32,000 nt of DNA, taken from assembly GCF_000237865.1 (NCBI RefSeq), contig NC_017459.1, positions 900,001 to 932,000 on the forward strand. The letters run 5' to 3'. How positions within the stretch are numbered: position 1 is the first letter of the stretch; each line of letters opens with the position of its first letter. Origin of the DNA: Haloquadratum walsbyi C23. Its GTDB lineage: Archaea; Halobacteriota; Halobacteria; Halobacteriales; Haloferacaceae. The translations under genes were made by a program, and so were the position numbers. Below are positions 8,583-17,043 of the stretch, piece after piece. The notes beneath the pieces are model-generated. The model saw only the letters and a program-made list of their open reading frames with translations, searched no databases and was not told where the DNA came from.

Positions 8583-9463
8583 GAGACACGGACTTTCCTG
8601 TCACTTCATCGGTTCTTTTCCTAAGAAGGCCACAAGTCACCGCAATTGCCGTCGTCACTGCTTTTGTTGGCGTTACGGCATTCCTTGTTGCAAATGAACT
8701 GCACATGCAGCAAGTCCCAGACTCATTTGAGGCTATCTCATTAAATTTAGATTTTGTTCGATGGACATTGATCGCTGGAACAGTGGCTGTGGCTGAATTG
8801 TGGTACTGTTATCGGCATCTTGGGGCAAATCACCCGCCTGCCAGCGCCGGTGATGACACCGATACAGAGGCTACACATACAGCAGATGCTGATATCAGCA
8901 GTGCCGATGAGACAGCGAAAATCGAATCGTATCAATTTCTTGGTCTCCCCAATATAGTGACGCTTGCCCGGGGAGCACTGTTCGCTACGTTAGCTGGTTT
9001 TGCTGGGGTTACACCAATATATAGTATTGCGTGGCTTCCGTCACTACTCTATGGCATAGGAAGTGCGCTTGATTTTGTTGATGGATCGCTTGCACGTACG
9101 GCTGGCAGACAGACAGTTCTTGGTGCGAAACTAGATCTCACATTTGATTCGCTTGGTTTCTTAATTGCGCCGATTGTTGCTATTCTATGGGGACAACTCC
9201 CGGTATGGTATTTATTATTACCAGCGGCGCAGTACTCATTTAAGATCGGTCGGAACCACCGTCGTCGTCGCGGACTTTGCGTTCAGCCACTTCCAGCGAG
9301 TTCTGTTCGCCGACCACTCGCCGGTCTTCAGATGGCGTTTATTACACTTGCGCTCGCTCCAATCATCAGTGCCAATTTAATCAAAATACTCGCTATGGCT
9401 GTATTGGCACCCTCACTTATTATATTCATCCGAGATTATCTTGTCATTGCTGATTATATATAA
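8579..9463 (+). CDS. CDP-alcohol phosphatidyltransferase family protein
   Basis: 294-aa ORF with the family motif D-G-x2-A-R-x8-G-x3-D-x3-D, read as 'DFVDGSLARTAGRQTVLGAKLDLTFDSLG', and multiple hydrophobic segments. The ATG overlaps the upstream stop (ATGA at 8579-8582). An N-terminal region of about 110 aa with an acidic low-complexity tract precedes the catalytic core. An alternative later start (MQQV..., near 8705) is possible. Confidence 0.85.
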   Translation: MRDTDFPVTSSVLFLRRPQVTAIAVVTAFVGVTAFLVANELHMQQVPDSFEAISLNLDFVRWTLIAGTVAVAELWYCYRHLGANHPPASAGDDTDTEATHTADADISSADETAKIESYQFLGLPNIVTLARGALFATLAGFAGVTPIYSIAWLPSLLYGIGSALDFVDGSLARTAGRQTVLGAKLDLTFDSLGFLIAPIVAILWGQLPVWYLLLPAAQYSFKIGRNHRRRRGLCVQPLPASSVRRPLAGLQMAFITLALAPIISANLIKILAMAVLAPSLIIFIRDYLVIADYI

Positions 9464-9597
9464 CTCAATGGTCGAATTGAAGTGGCTAACACATACAATA
9501 TATCTGTTCCGACTATCCAAGCCGTCCCCTCACGAACTGGAATATAGCATATAACTCAAACTCACAGAGTACGTCTGCAATATCTCACGTTTATATT

Positions 9598-9632
9598 GTG
9601 AAGTACCTCGGGGACAAGCCCCGAGGCTTCAC
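9598..9632 (+). repeat. 35-bp near-perfect palindrome, compact copy of the repeat at 29869-29959
   Basis: GTGAAG-TA-CCTCGGGG-ACAAG-CCCCGAGG-C-TTCAC. The first 27 nt match 29869-29895 at 24/27 positions by hand alignment. The flank 'tatattgtgaagtacc' matches the rc of 29950-29965 ('gatattgtgaagtacc'). Confidence 0.6.
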
Positions 9633-9685
9633 CGTTTTGTCCGTGTCGCATTATATCACTCACGGGTCTGAAATAAAAAGAGCCA

Positions 9686-10870
9686 CTAAGGATGGTTTGA
9701 TTGCCCTCGCCTACGCAGGTCATATAATCGTTGAAACACATATAACGGGAACTGTGGCACAACACGGCTTGGAGGCCGTCCCTTTTGTTGTTCCGTCTCT
9801 GCTTGGACCCGCCTTATTACACCTGCTTCAGCCATCTCATAGAGGAACCGCTTGATCGTTGATGCTGATAGGTCAAGTGCTGATAACGCGTCTGTTGCCA
9901 TATTTACTGACTCTCGTTCATCTGGACTGAGGTTGACGAGATGCCGAAGCACTCGTTGCCGGTTTGCCGGAAGTGAGAGTACAGCCGATAACGAAACACA
10001 GGGCTCAGGTATTGACTCGATTGCTGCATTAATATTGGATTCGGTAAGTTGGTCCTGCCCTACACCGGCAGCATTGTCGGCAGCAGAAAACAGAACTGCA
10101 AGTCCGTCATGTGCATTTCCGTCAGCCCACGCTGCGACCTGTCTTGCAAGACCATGATTGAGCGCTTGTCGCGCAAGCCCCATTGATGCCCGCTGCATCA
10201 GAATATCGACAAGTACCTGTCGTCGATATCGACTCACGCCGATTTCCGCTCCTGTGTACGTTGTCAGGTGAGTTTGATCCGGTGATGCCCGTCCGATAGC
10301 AAGCCAACTGACATTACTTGGGAGACTTGCTGCGAGATCAACAAGGGTCGACTCATCAAGACTTCGTGGTTCAGCAATATGATCAACGCAAATCACAGCA
10401 CCAGGCGTTCCCTGTACCTGAGTATGAACTTGATCACGAAGACTATCGGTCCCAACGCCATGTTCTGGAACCGATTGATCAATGAGACTGCTCAATACGC
10501 TTCGATAAAATCCAAACGCGCTGGTCGCGGAGCGAGCATCAACGTACACAAACGTCGGTGACGATGGCGTTTGGACGCGAGTGCTCGTATGAATTACCTC
10601 TCGTGTTTCTGCTGGTAACTCCTTTAGATGGGACAGTAATGAAGTAAGGACGGCAGATTTCCCCGAGCCAATCGGTCCATATACATATCCATTTGGTGGT
10701 AGCTCCCCATCAAAAACCGGGTCAAAATAGTCTAGAAGCTGTTCCAATAATTGTCCCCGACCGACCGGTTCATCAAGATGCGCAGCAGGCGAGAGTGCTT
10801 CATAACGCTGAATGAACTGTGGTTGTGCGTTATGATCTCTTCGTCGCCGAATTCTCGCTTTGATATCCAT
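9686..10870 (-). CDS. Orc1/Cdc6-family AAA+ protein (divergent paralog)
   Basis: 394-aa ORF with Walker A 'YGPIGSGKSAV', an Orc-type AAA+ layout and a C-terminal winged helix ('IKRFLYEMAEAGVIRRV'). The Walker B reads 'ICVDHIAE' and the sensor-2 position reads 'GNAHDG', both non-canonical. Confidence 0.9.
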   Translation of the reverse strand: MDIKARIRRRRDHNAQPQFIQRYEALSPAAHLDEPVGRGQLLEQLLDYFDPVFDGELPPNGYVYGPIGSGKSAVLTSLLSHLKELPAETREVIHTSTRVQTPSSPTFVYVDARSATSAFGFYRSVLSSLIDQSVPEHGVGTDSLRDQVHTQVQGTPGAVICVDHIAEPRSLDESTLVDLAASLPSNVSWLAIGRASPDQTHLTTYTGAEIGVSRYRRQVLVDILMQRASMGLARQALNHGLARQVAAWADGNAHDGLAVLFSAADNAAGVGQDQLTESNINAAIESIPEPCVSLSAVLSLPANRQRVLRHLVNLSPDERESVNMATDALSALDLSASTIKRFLYEMAEAGVIRRVQAETEQQKGRPPSRVVPQFPLYVFQRLYDLRRRGQSNHP

Positions 10871-10939
10871 TGTTTATGAAGAAATTATTAGATCGATACA
10901 TCAGCTCAGTCCTCAAATAAAAAGGAAATGAGTTCGTTA

Positions 10940-12034
10940 TTACATTCCAAGCAGTGGAACCCAGCTTGAGCTGTCGAAGACACCAATGATTGCAAGAACT
11001 GCAACGGTTAATGTCGCGACGACAATCGCAGCAGCTGGTGGGTCAAAGTGTGTATCCGAGTGAGCGTAGAACACACGCTGGACGACTTCTCCGATCAGAG
11101 CACCGTATACTCCGAAGAGACCACCAATCAGAAGTGCAATGACCTTGGTTGTGCCTGTTGGGTCAGGAAACACCGCAAGCGCAGCGGTACTCGCTGGCAG
11201 TGTCATATGGTGAGTCACTGGGATCTTCTCAACACCCAGATTAAGGAATGTCAAACTAGCCGCTGAGATACCGAATCCAAGGAATGCGCTCCCTGTCGAA
11301 AGTGCAATGAATCCGCCGAGTAGTCCCGCAACAAGACCAATCATTCCAACATTTGCCCACTTATACTGATGTGGAAGCCACGGCTCAACAGCAAGTCGTT
11401 TATATCCACCGTCGGTTGCAACTTCCCCGCCATCGGTCGCCGCTCGCATCTCCTCGTTTTCGAACGGAGACATATCGAGGAGGTTGCGGTCGCCACCACC
11501 GATCAATGGGTACCCAAATGCAACTCGGTGCAATGCTGCTGACACAACGACCATAATTGCGATTGGGTCCCACGGAAGTGCAAGTCCTGCAGAAATGAGA
11601 GTTCCGACTGCGCCAATAATACCAAATATACCTCCAACAGCAAGGACATCTGGTCGTGTCCCAAGTGCGTAAGCGATGTCTTTTGCAGGATGATAATCGC
11701 CGTCACCGGGATCTGGCATTGCGCCATCCTTCTTTGCTGCATATGCGGCTGCCGCCGCACCAGCAGCAAATGAGATATGTGGACCGAAGACCGCACCAAA
11801 TCCAATCGTTCCTGTCACTGGTGCGCCAGTGATAGCAACGCTTGTCCCAGCAGCGTCAACACCGACAAGATTTGCTGCTTCACCCGCGATGACCGCAAAT
11901 CCAGTGAAACAGAATGCCGGAAGTGCACCAATTGCCGCACCGAAAGCGCCTCCTGCGAATGCTGCAATGAGCAGGAATATAAGCTGTGGTGTGTCGACCC
12001 CGATAACCGGCAATTGGAGGAGTGCTTCGTACAT
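10940..12034 (-). CDS. Polytopic membrane protein coupled to glpK, candidate glycerol uptake protein
   Basis: 364-aa Gly/Ala-rich protein with many hydrophobic segments. Its start at 12034 lies 3 nt after the glpK stop (12038-12040), so the two are likely co-transcribed. No NPA boxes, so it is not a MIP-family facilitator. Confidence 0.8.
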   Translation of the reverse strand: MYEALLQLPVIGVDTPQLIFLLIAAFAGGAFGAAIGALPAFCFTGFAVIAGEAANLVGVDAAGTSVAITGAPVTGTIGFGAVFGPHISFAAGAAAAAYAAKKDGAMPDPGDGDYHPAKDIAYALGTRPDVLAVGGIFGIIGAVGTLISAGLALPWDPIAIMVVVSAALHRVAFGYPLIGGGDRNLLDMSPFENEEMRAATDGGEVATDGGYKRLAVEPWLPHQYKWANVGMIGLVAGLLGGFIALSTGSAFLGFGISAASLTFLNLGVEKIPVTHHMTLPASTAALAVFPDPTGTTKVIALLIGGLFGVYGALIGEVVQRVFYAHSDTHFDPPAAAIVVATLTVAVLAIIGVFDSSSWVPLLGM

Positions 12035-12037
12035 CTG

Positions 12038-13570
12038 TTATTCCTCCTGCGCCCAATCAAGAGACCGTTCGACTGCATCATCCCAACGATCATACATTGT
12101 GTTTGCATCAGCACTATCCATTTCTGATTCGAACTCGCGGTCGACTTGCCAGTTGTCGCGAAGTTCATCAACCGTATCCCAATATCCAACGGCTAATCCA
12201 GCGGCGTATGCCGATCCAAGTGCCGTTGTCTCATCGACGACCGGTCGGACGATATCAGTCTGGAGAATATCAGACTGTAGTTGACAGAGGAAATTATTTT
12301 TCACCGCACCACCATCGACCCGAAGTGATGTTGTCTCAATTCCGGAGTCTGCTTCCATTGCCTCAGCAACATCTCGAGTCTGATATCCGATTGATTCAAG
12401 TGTTGCTCGAACAATATGCTCTTTTTCAGTTCCTCGTGTCATACCAACGAGTGTTCCACGAGCACGCCCATCCCAGTGTGGGGCGCCAAGACCAGTGAAT
12501 GCAGGCACCATATAAACACCGTCCGTTGAATCGACTGAACTTGCAAGTTCAGCCGTCTGTGCAGCATTATTAATCAGGTCAACATCTTCGAGGAACTCAA
12601 TCGCTGCTCCAGTGACGAAAATTGACCCCTCAAGTGCATACTGGACTGGCTCTCCAGACATTTGGAAACCAATTGTCGTCAGGAGTCCGTGATCAGATGC
12701 AACAGCGTCAGTTCCCGTGTTCATGAGGTAGAATGATCCAGTTCCGTACGTATTCTTCGCATCTCCCTCATCGAAACATGTCTGCCCAAACATCGCTGCC
12801 TGCTGATCACCAAGTGCGCCAGCAACAGGTATCTCAGCGCCAAGGAATCCATCAGCATCGGTATGTCCATAGTATTCATCATCTGAGGATGGACGGACCT
12901 CTGGCACCATTGACCGAGGAACTCTGAATTCCTCAAGTAGTTCATCATCCCACTCAAGTTCACGGATGTTGTACAGCATTGTCCGGGATGCATTCGTAAC
13001 ATCGGTGATATGATTGCCAGTGAGATTTTGTATAAGCCATGAGTCAATCGTTCCCATCAGCAGTTCACCATCTTCGGCGCGGTCACGAACATCGCCACCG
13101 CGTGAAGCCTGCATCTTCAGTGGTTCGGCGTTATCGAGAATCCATTCAGTTTTTGTTGCGGAGAAGTACGCATCACACTCCAATCCGGTCTTCTCGCGGA
13201 TCATCTCGACTTTGCCGGCTTCTTGAATCTCTTCGACGCGATCCGTCGTTCGACGATCCTGCCAGACAAGCGCATTGTGAACCGGTTTGCCTGAGGCTTC
13301 GTCCCAAACGATTGTTGTCTCTCGCTGATTTGTCACTCCAAGTGCTTCAAGCTGCTCGGCATCAAGACCAGCTTCTTCAAGCCCTCGAGTAACAACCTCT
13401 TTTGTGTTTTCCCAAATCTCGATTGGATCGTGCTCAACCCATCCTGGATTCGGATAAATCTGTTCGTGCTTTTCATATGCATTTGCGACCACCTGTCCGC
13501 TGTGGTCGAATACCATAAACCGTGTTCCTGTGGTTCCTTGGTCGATTGAACCAACGTATGTGTCAGCCAT
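12038..13570 (-). CDS. glpK: Glycerol kinase
   Basis: 510-aa ORF with full-length FGGY kinase / GlpK signatures: 'YVGSIDQGTTGTRFMVFD', 'NQRETTIVWD', 'NALVWQDRRT', 'GDQQAAMFGQ', 'NTYGTGSF', 'LRVDGGAVKNNFLCQLQSDIL'. Confidence 0.97.
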   Translation of the reverse strand: MADTYVGSIDQGTTGTRFMVFDHSGQVVANAYEKHEQIYPNPGWVEHDPIEIWENTKEVVTRGLEEAGLDAEQLEALGVTNQRETTIVWDEASGKPVHNALVWQDRRTTDRVEEIQEAGKVEMIREKTGLECDAYFSATKTEWILDNAEPLKMQASRGGDVRDRAEDGELLMGTIDSWLIQNLTGNHITDVTNASRTMLYNIRELEWDDELLEEFRVPRSMVPEVRPSSDDEYYGHTDADGFLGAEIPVAGALGDQQAAMFGQTCFDEGDAKNTYGTGSFYLMNTGTDAVASDHGLLTTIGFQMSGEPVQYALEGSIFVTGAAIEFLEDVDLINNAAQTAELASSVDSTDGVYMVPAFTGLGAPHWDGRARGTLVGMTRGTEKEHIVRATLESIGYQTRDVAEAMEADSGIETTSLRVDGGAVKNNFLCQLQSDILQTDIVRPVVDETTALGSAYAAGLAVGYWDTVDELRDNWQVDREFESEMDSADANTMYDRWDDAVERSLDWAQEE

Positions 13571-14008
13571 TGTAATCTCCTTCTATAGGCATGGATAGAT
13601 TATTTTATTCCCTACCCTGCCTTGAGAGTAAACAATATGGTGAATCATTATAAACTTTACTACTGTATAGATAATTATCTCGAGACGGCGAAGAATCGCT
13701 TAAATTAATTCTAAGCTCTTCAAATGTGTGTTAATCTAAAGAGAGATGATATAAAACAATAGATAGCCTACTATTTTCATTTCTTTCGTCCTTTCAGCTC
13801 ATTGTAATACTCGATCAGTCATGGGGAGTCAAAAATGGTTGTTATATATTCTCATGCACGATTTTTGTCTGGGAATATCGATAATACATCTTTTTCTTTA
13901 GACAATAACTCTAATAATACAACAAATATAATAAAATCTGTAGTTTACTCACAAGTTTGAAACGCCGGTGAAATAAAGTAGTTGCGAAATATGTGTAATT
14001 AATATTGA
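13571..14008. promoter_or_regulatory. AT-rich divergent promoter region between glpK and glpABC
   Basis: A 438-bp very AT-rich gap between divergently oriented, functionally linked operons. It contains several TATA-like A/T blocks and a perfect 12-bp palindrome AGATAATTATCT at 13669-13680. No transcription start can be assigned from sequence alone. Confidence 0.5.
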
Positions 14009-15748
14009 ATGGTATCAAAACCACATATCGTCGTCATCGGTGGCGGCTCGACGGGCACAGGGATCGTTCGTGACCTTGCAATGCGTGGTGTTGAGGTAAC
14101 ATTACTCGAACAAGGGAACCTGACGCATGGAACAACAGGTCGGATGCATGGACTGCTTCACAGTGGTGGTCGATATGCAGTCGCTGATCAAGCAAGTGCG
14201 AAAGAATGCATGCTTGAGAATCGTGTTCTTCAGGATATTGCTACCCACTGCGTTGAAATGACCGGTGGATTATTTGTTAAGCGACCTGAGGATTCAGAAG
14301 AATATTTTCAAAAGAAGCTACAAGGATGTCATGAATGTGATATTCCTGCAGAGGTCCTAACCGCTGAGGAGGCACGTGCGGTCGAACCACACCTCGCAGG
14401 TGATATTGATAAGGCTATTTCCGTCCCAGACGGTGCGATTGATCCGTTTAGGCTTGTTGTTGCCAACGCGGCAGATGCAAAGGAGCATGATGCACGGATT
14501 GAGACACATTCGACGGTAACTGATCTCTTAATTGAAGATGATGCAGTCGTCGGTGTCGAAGTAAAACATGACTCCGGAACAGGAGAGCGTGTCCATGGGA
14601 TGACCGGCGTCACAGAGAGAATCTATGCCGATCACGTGATCAATGCAACAGGTGCGTGGGCTGGACATATTGGTGAGATGGCAGGTGTCGATATTGCGGT
14701 TCGTCCCTCAAAAGGTGTGATGACGGTTATGAATACCCGACAGGTTGATACAGTCATCAATCGCTGCCGACCGAAGGGTGATGCCGATATTGTCGTCCCA
14801 CATGAAACAACAGCAATCCTTGGGACAACAGATGTTGAAGTTGACGACCCAGAAGACTACCCAGAGAAACAGTGGGAAGTCGATTTAATGATCGACACAC
14901 TGTCGGAACTTGTCCCGATGCTTACGGATGCACGGACAATCCGGTCGTTCTGGGGAGTCCGTCCACTGTATGAACCACCAGAGGTTGGGAGTGATGATCC
15001 AACAGACATTACACGTGATTTCTTTTTATTAGATCATCAAGAGCGCGATAATCTCCATGGACTCACGAGTATTGTCGGTGGAAAACTGACGACATACCGA
15101 ATGATGGCTGAGCAAATCACCGATCATATATGTGAGCGCTTTGGAATTGAAGAACCATGCCGGACTGCCGATGAACCATTACCAGGCAGCAACGATATTC
15201 GCGTAATTGACGATTACATGGATGAATTCGGTCTTCGCTCGCCGATTGGACGACGAAGCGCCGACCGACTTGGATCCCGTGTTGATGAGGTGTTTGATAC
15301 TGATGAGCCAAATCCAACGATCTGTGAGTGTGAAGGCGTTACGCGCGCGGAGGTTCAGGATGCAATCTCACAGTCTGGGTCAGATCTTAATGCCGTTCGT
15401 ATTCGGACGCGTGCAACAATGGGCAATTGCCAAGGTGGGATCTGCTCACACCGACTTGCGAATGAACTTCACACAACGTATGATGAATCAGTTGTCATCG
15501 ATGCGTGGAATGAAATTCTGCAAGAACGATGGAAGGGACAGCGGCACGCGCTATGGGGGCAACAACTCTCTCAAGCAATGTTGAATTACGCATTGCACGC
15601 GACAACGCAGAACCGTGATCATGATCCAGCTGCAGACAGTTCCGTCGATTTTACGACTTTTGACTCCGGTGAAATGCAGTCTGACTCTGGGACGACAGCG
15701 GTTGGTGTTGCTACAGATGGAGGCACACAGGATGGCGATCGAGTCTGA
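14009..15748 (+). CDS. glpA: Anaerobic-type glycerol-3-phosphate dehydrogenase subunit A
   Basis: 579-aa ORF with the FAD motif '[20 protein letters not shown]', '[10 protein letters not shown]' and a C-terminal BFD-like [2Fe-2S] segment '[11 protein letters not shown]...CQGGIC'. Confidence 0.95.
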   Translation: MVSKPHIVVIGGGSTGTGIVRDLAMRGVEVTLLEQGNLTHGTTGRMHGLLHSGGRYAVADQASAKECMLENRVLQDIATHCVEMTGGLFVKRPEDSEEYFQKKLQGCHECDIPAEVLTAEEARAVEPHLAGDIDKAISVPDGAIDPFRLVVANAADAKEHDARIETHSTVTDLLIEDDAVVGVEVKHDSGTGERVHGMTGVTERIYADHVINATGAWAGHIGEMAGVDIAVRPSKGVMTVMNTRQVDTVINRCRPKGDADIVVPHETTAILGTTDVEVDDPEDYPEKQWEVDLMIDTLSELVPMLTDARTIRSFWGVRPLYEPPEVGSDDPTDITRDFFLLDHQERDNLHGLTSIVGGKLTTYRMMAEQITDHICERFGIEEPCRTADEPLPGSNDIRVIDDYMDEFGLRSPIGRRSADRLGSRVDEVFDTDEPNPTICECEGVTRAEVQDAISQSGSDLNAVRIRTRATMGNCQGGICSHRLANELHTTYDESVVIDAWNEILQERWKGQRHALWGQQLSQAMLNYALHATTQNRDHDPAADSSVDFTTFDSGEMQSDSGTTAVGVATDGGTQDGDRV

Positions 15749-17039
15749 CGTTCTCGTCATAGGTGGTGGTCTCGCTGGGCTCACGAGCGCTCTCGCTGCG
15801 GCACAAGCGGATATCGATGTTCGATTGGTTACATACAAGCAAAGCACTCTCCAGCAAGCATCTGGGTTAGTCGATGTACTCGGATACCAACCAAATGGTG
15901 ATGGACCGATTTCAAATCCGTTCGAGGCGATTCCTACACTTCCTGTCGAGCATCCATATCAAACTGTTGGTGTTGATGCTGTCCGTACAGCATTATCGCT
16001 ATTCGATGAGGTGACAGACTACGCTGGTAGCCATACGGACGCAAATGCGTTGATTCCAACGCATGGTGGAACAATCAAACCAACCGCTAGATACCCACAG
16101 AGTGCATGTGCAGGTATCGCAAGCGATAATCGACCGATGCTTCTTGTCGGGTTTGATTCAATCACCGACTTCGATGCACCACTGGCTGCTGATCATCTCA
16201 CATCGACCGGTGTTCCGTTCGATGTTCGCGGTGTCACCATTCAATTTCCCGGTGATCTCAGTGCAGATGCGAAAGTAACGCGATATGCAAAACTTCTCGA
16301 CACGAACGGCGATGTGACAGTAAGCGAAACCGGTGGTGGCGGTCACCGACCTGCGCGTGACGCACTTGCTGACCGTGTCAAGATTTATCTTGATGATGAG
16401 ACACGGGTTGGATTCCCTGCTGTCCTTGGTGATGCTAATGCTGCGACCGTTCGTGCTGCGCTTGGAACTTCTCTCGGGGCAGATGTGTTTGAGGTTCCGA
16501 TGGGACCACCATCACTACCAGGACTTCGACTTGAGGATCAACTCTTTGATGCGCTCTCAGATGCAGGTGGATTCATTGAATCAGGGAATCCGGTGATTGA
16601 TTACACCGATGATGGATCCGGCACTGTTGAGAAGGTCATCGTTGAGCGGAATGGTGCAGAGATTCCAATGCGTGCTGAACAATATATTCTTGCGACTGGT
16701 GGGCTCGTCGGTAAAGGCGTTGAGTCAAACCGCGAAGGGGTATATGAACCTATTTTTGGGTGTCATGTCGCACACGATGCTGACCGATATGAGTGGTTTG
16801 ATGAGGCTGTTTTTGGTGAGCACTCATTTGCCAGATTTGGTGTTGACACCGATACAACGCTTCGACCGGTTGATGAAAGTGGAAATATTGAATTTGAGAA
16901 TCTCAGAGCTGCCGGTGCTGTTCTCGGTGGGTATGATTATGCTGCAGAGAAGTCGGCAAGCGGCGTATCGATTGCAACCGGATATACAGCAGGAATGAAT
17001 GCTGCCACAACCGTTGCACAGACTAACAACATGAGTTAA
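15732..17039 (+). CDS. glpB: Glycerol-3-phosphate dehydrogenase subunit B
   Basis: N-terminus '[25 protein letters not shown]', the typical GlpB dinucleotide-binding start. It overlaps the glpA 3' end by 17 nt. The in-frame ATG at 15717 is an alternative. The track start at 15615 lies deep in glpA and is unlikely. Confidence 0.9.
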   Translation: MAIESDVLVIGGGLAGLTSALAAAQADIDVRLVTYKQSTLQQASGLVDVLGYQPNGDGPISNPFEAIPTLPVEHPYQTVGVDAVRTALSLFDEVTDYAGSHTDANALIPTHGGTIKPTARYPQSACAGIASDNRPMLLVGFDSITDFDAPLAADHLTSTGVPFDVRGVTIQFPGDLSADAKVTRYAKLLDTNGDVTVSETGGGGHRPARDALADRVKIYLDDETRVGFPAVLGDANAATVRAALGTSLGADVFEVPMGPPSLPGLRLEDQLFDALSDAGGFIESGNPVIDYTDDGSGTVEKVIVERNGAEIPMRAEQYILATGGLVGKGVESNREGVYEPIFGCHVAHDADRYEWFDEAVFGEHSFARFGVDTDTTLRPVDESGNIEFENLRAAGAVLGGYDYAAEKSASGVSIATGYTAGMNAATTVAQTNNMS

Positions 17040-17043
17040 TCAT

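Noticed and set aside
9464-10960. Replication origin next to the orc1/cdc6 gene, including a 'gttccactg' ORB-half-like string (rc of about 10953-10961).
   Set aside because: The string is single-copy and lies inside the coding 3' end of the membrane-protein gene. The flanking gaps are short (69 bp and 222 bp), and I saw no repeated ORB boxes or long AT-rich unwinding element.
15615-15731. Upstream start (15615) for glpB, as given by the ORF track.
   Set aside because: It would add 39 residues encoded entirely within the glpA 3' end. The conserved GlpB N-terminus ([13 protein letters not shown]) begins right after ATG 15732, with ATG 15717 as the only reasonable alternative.
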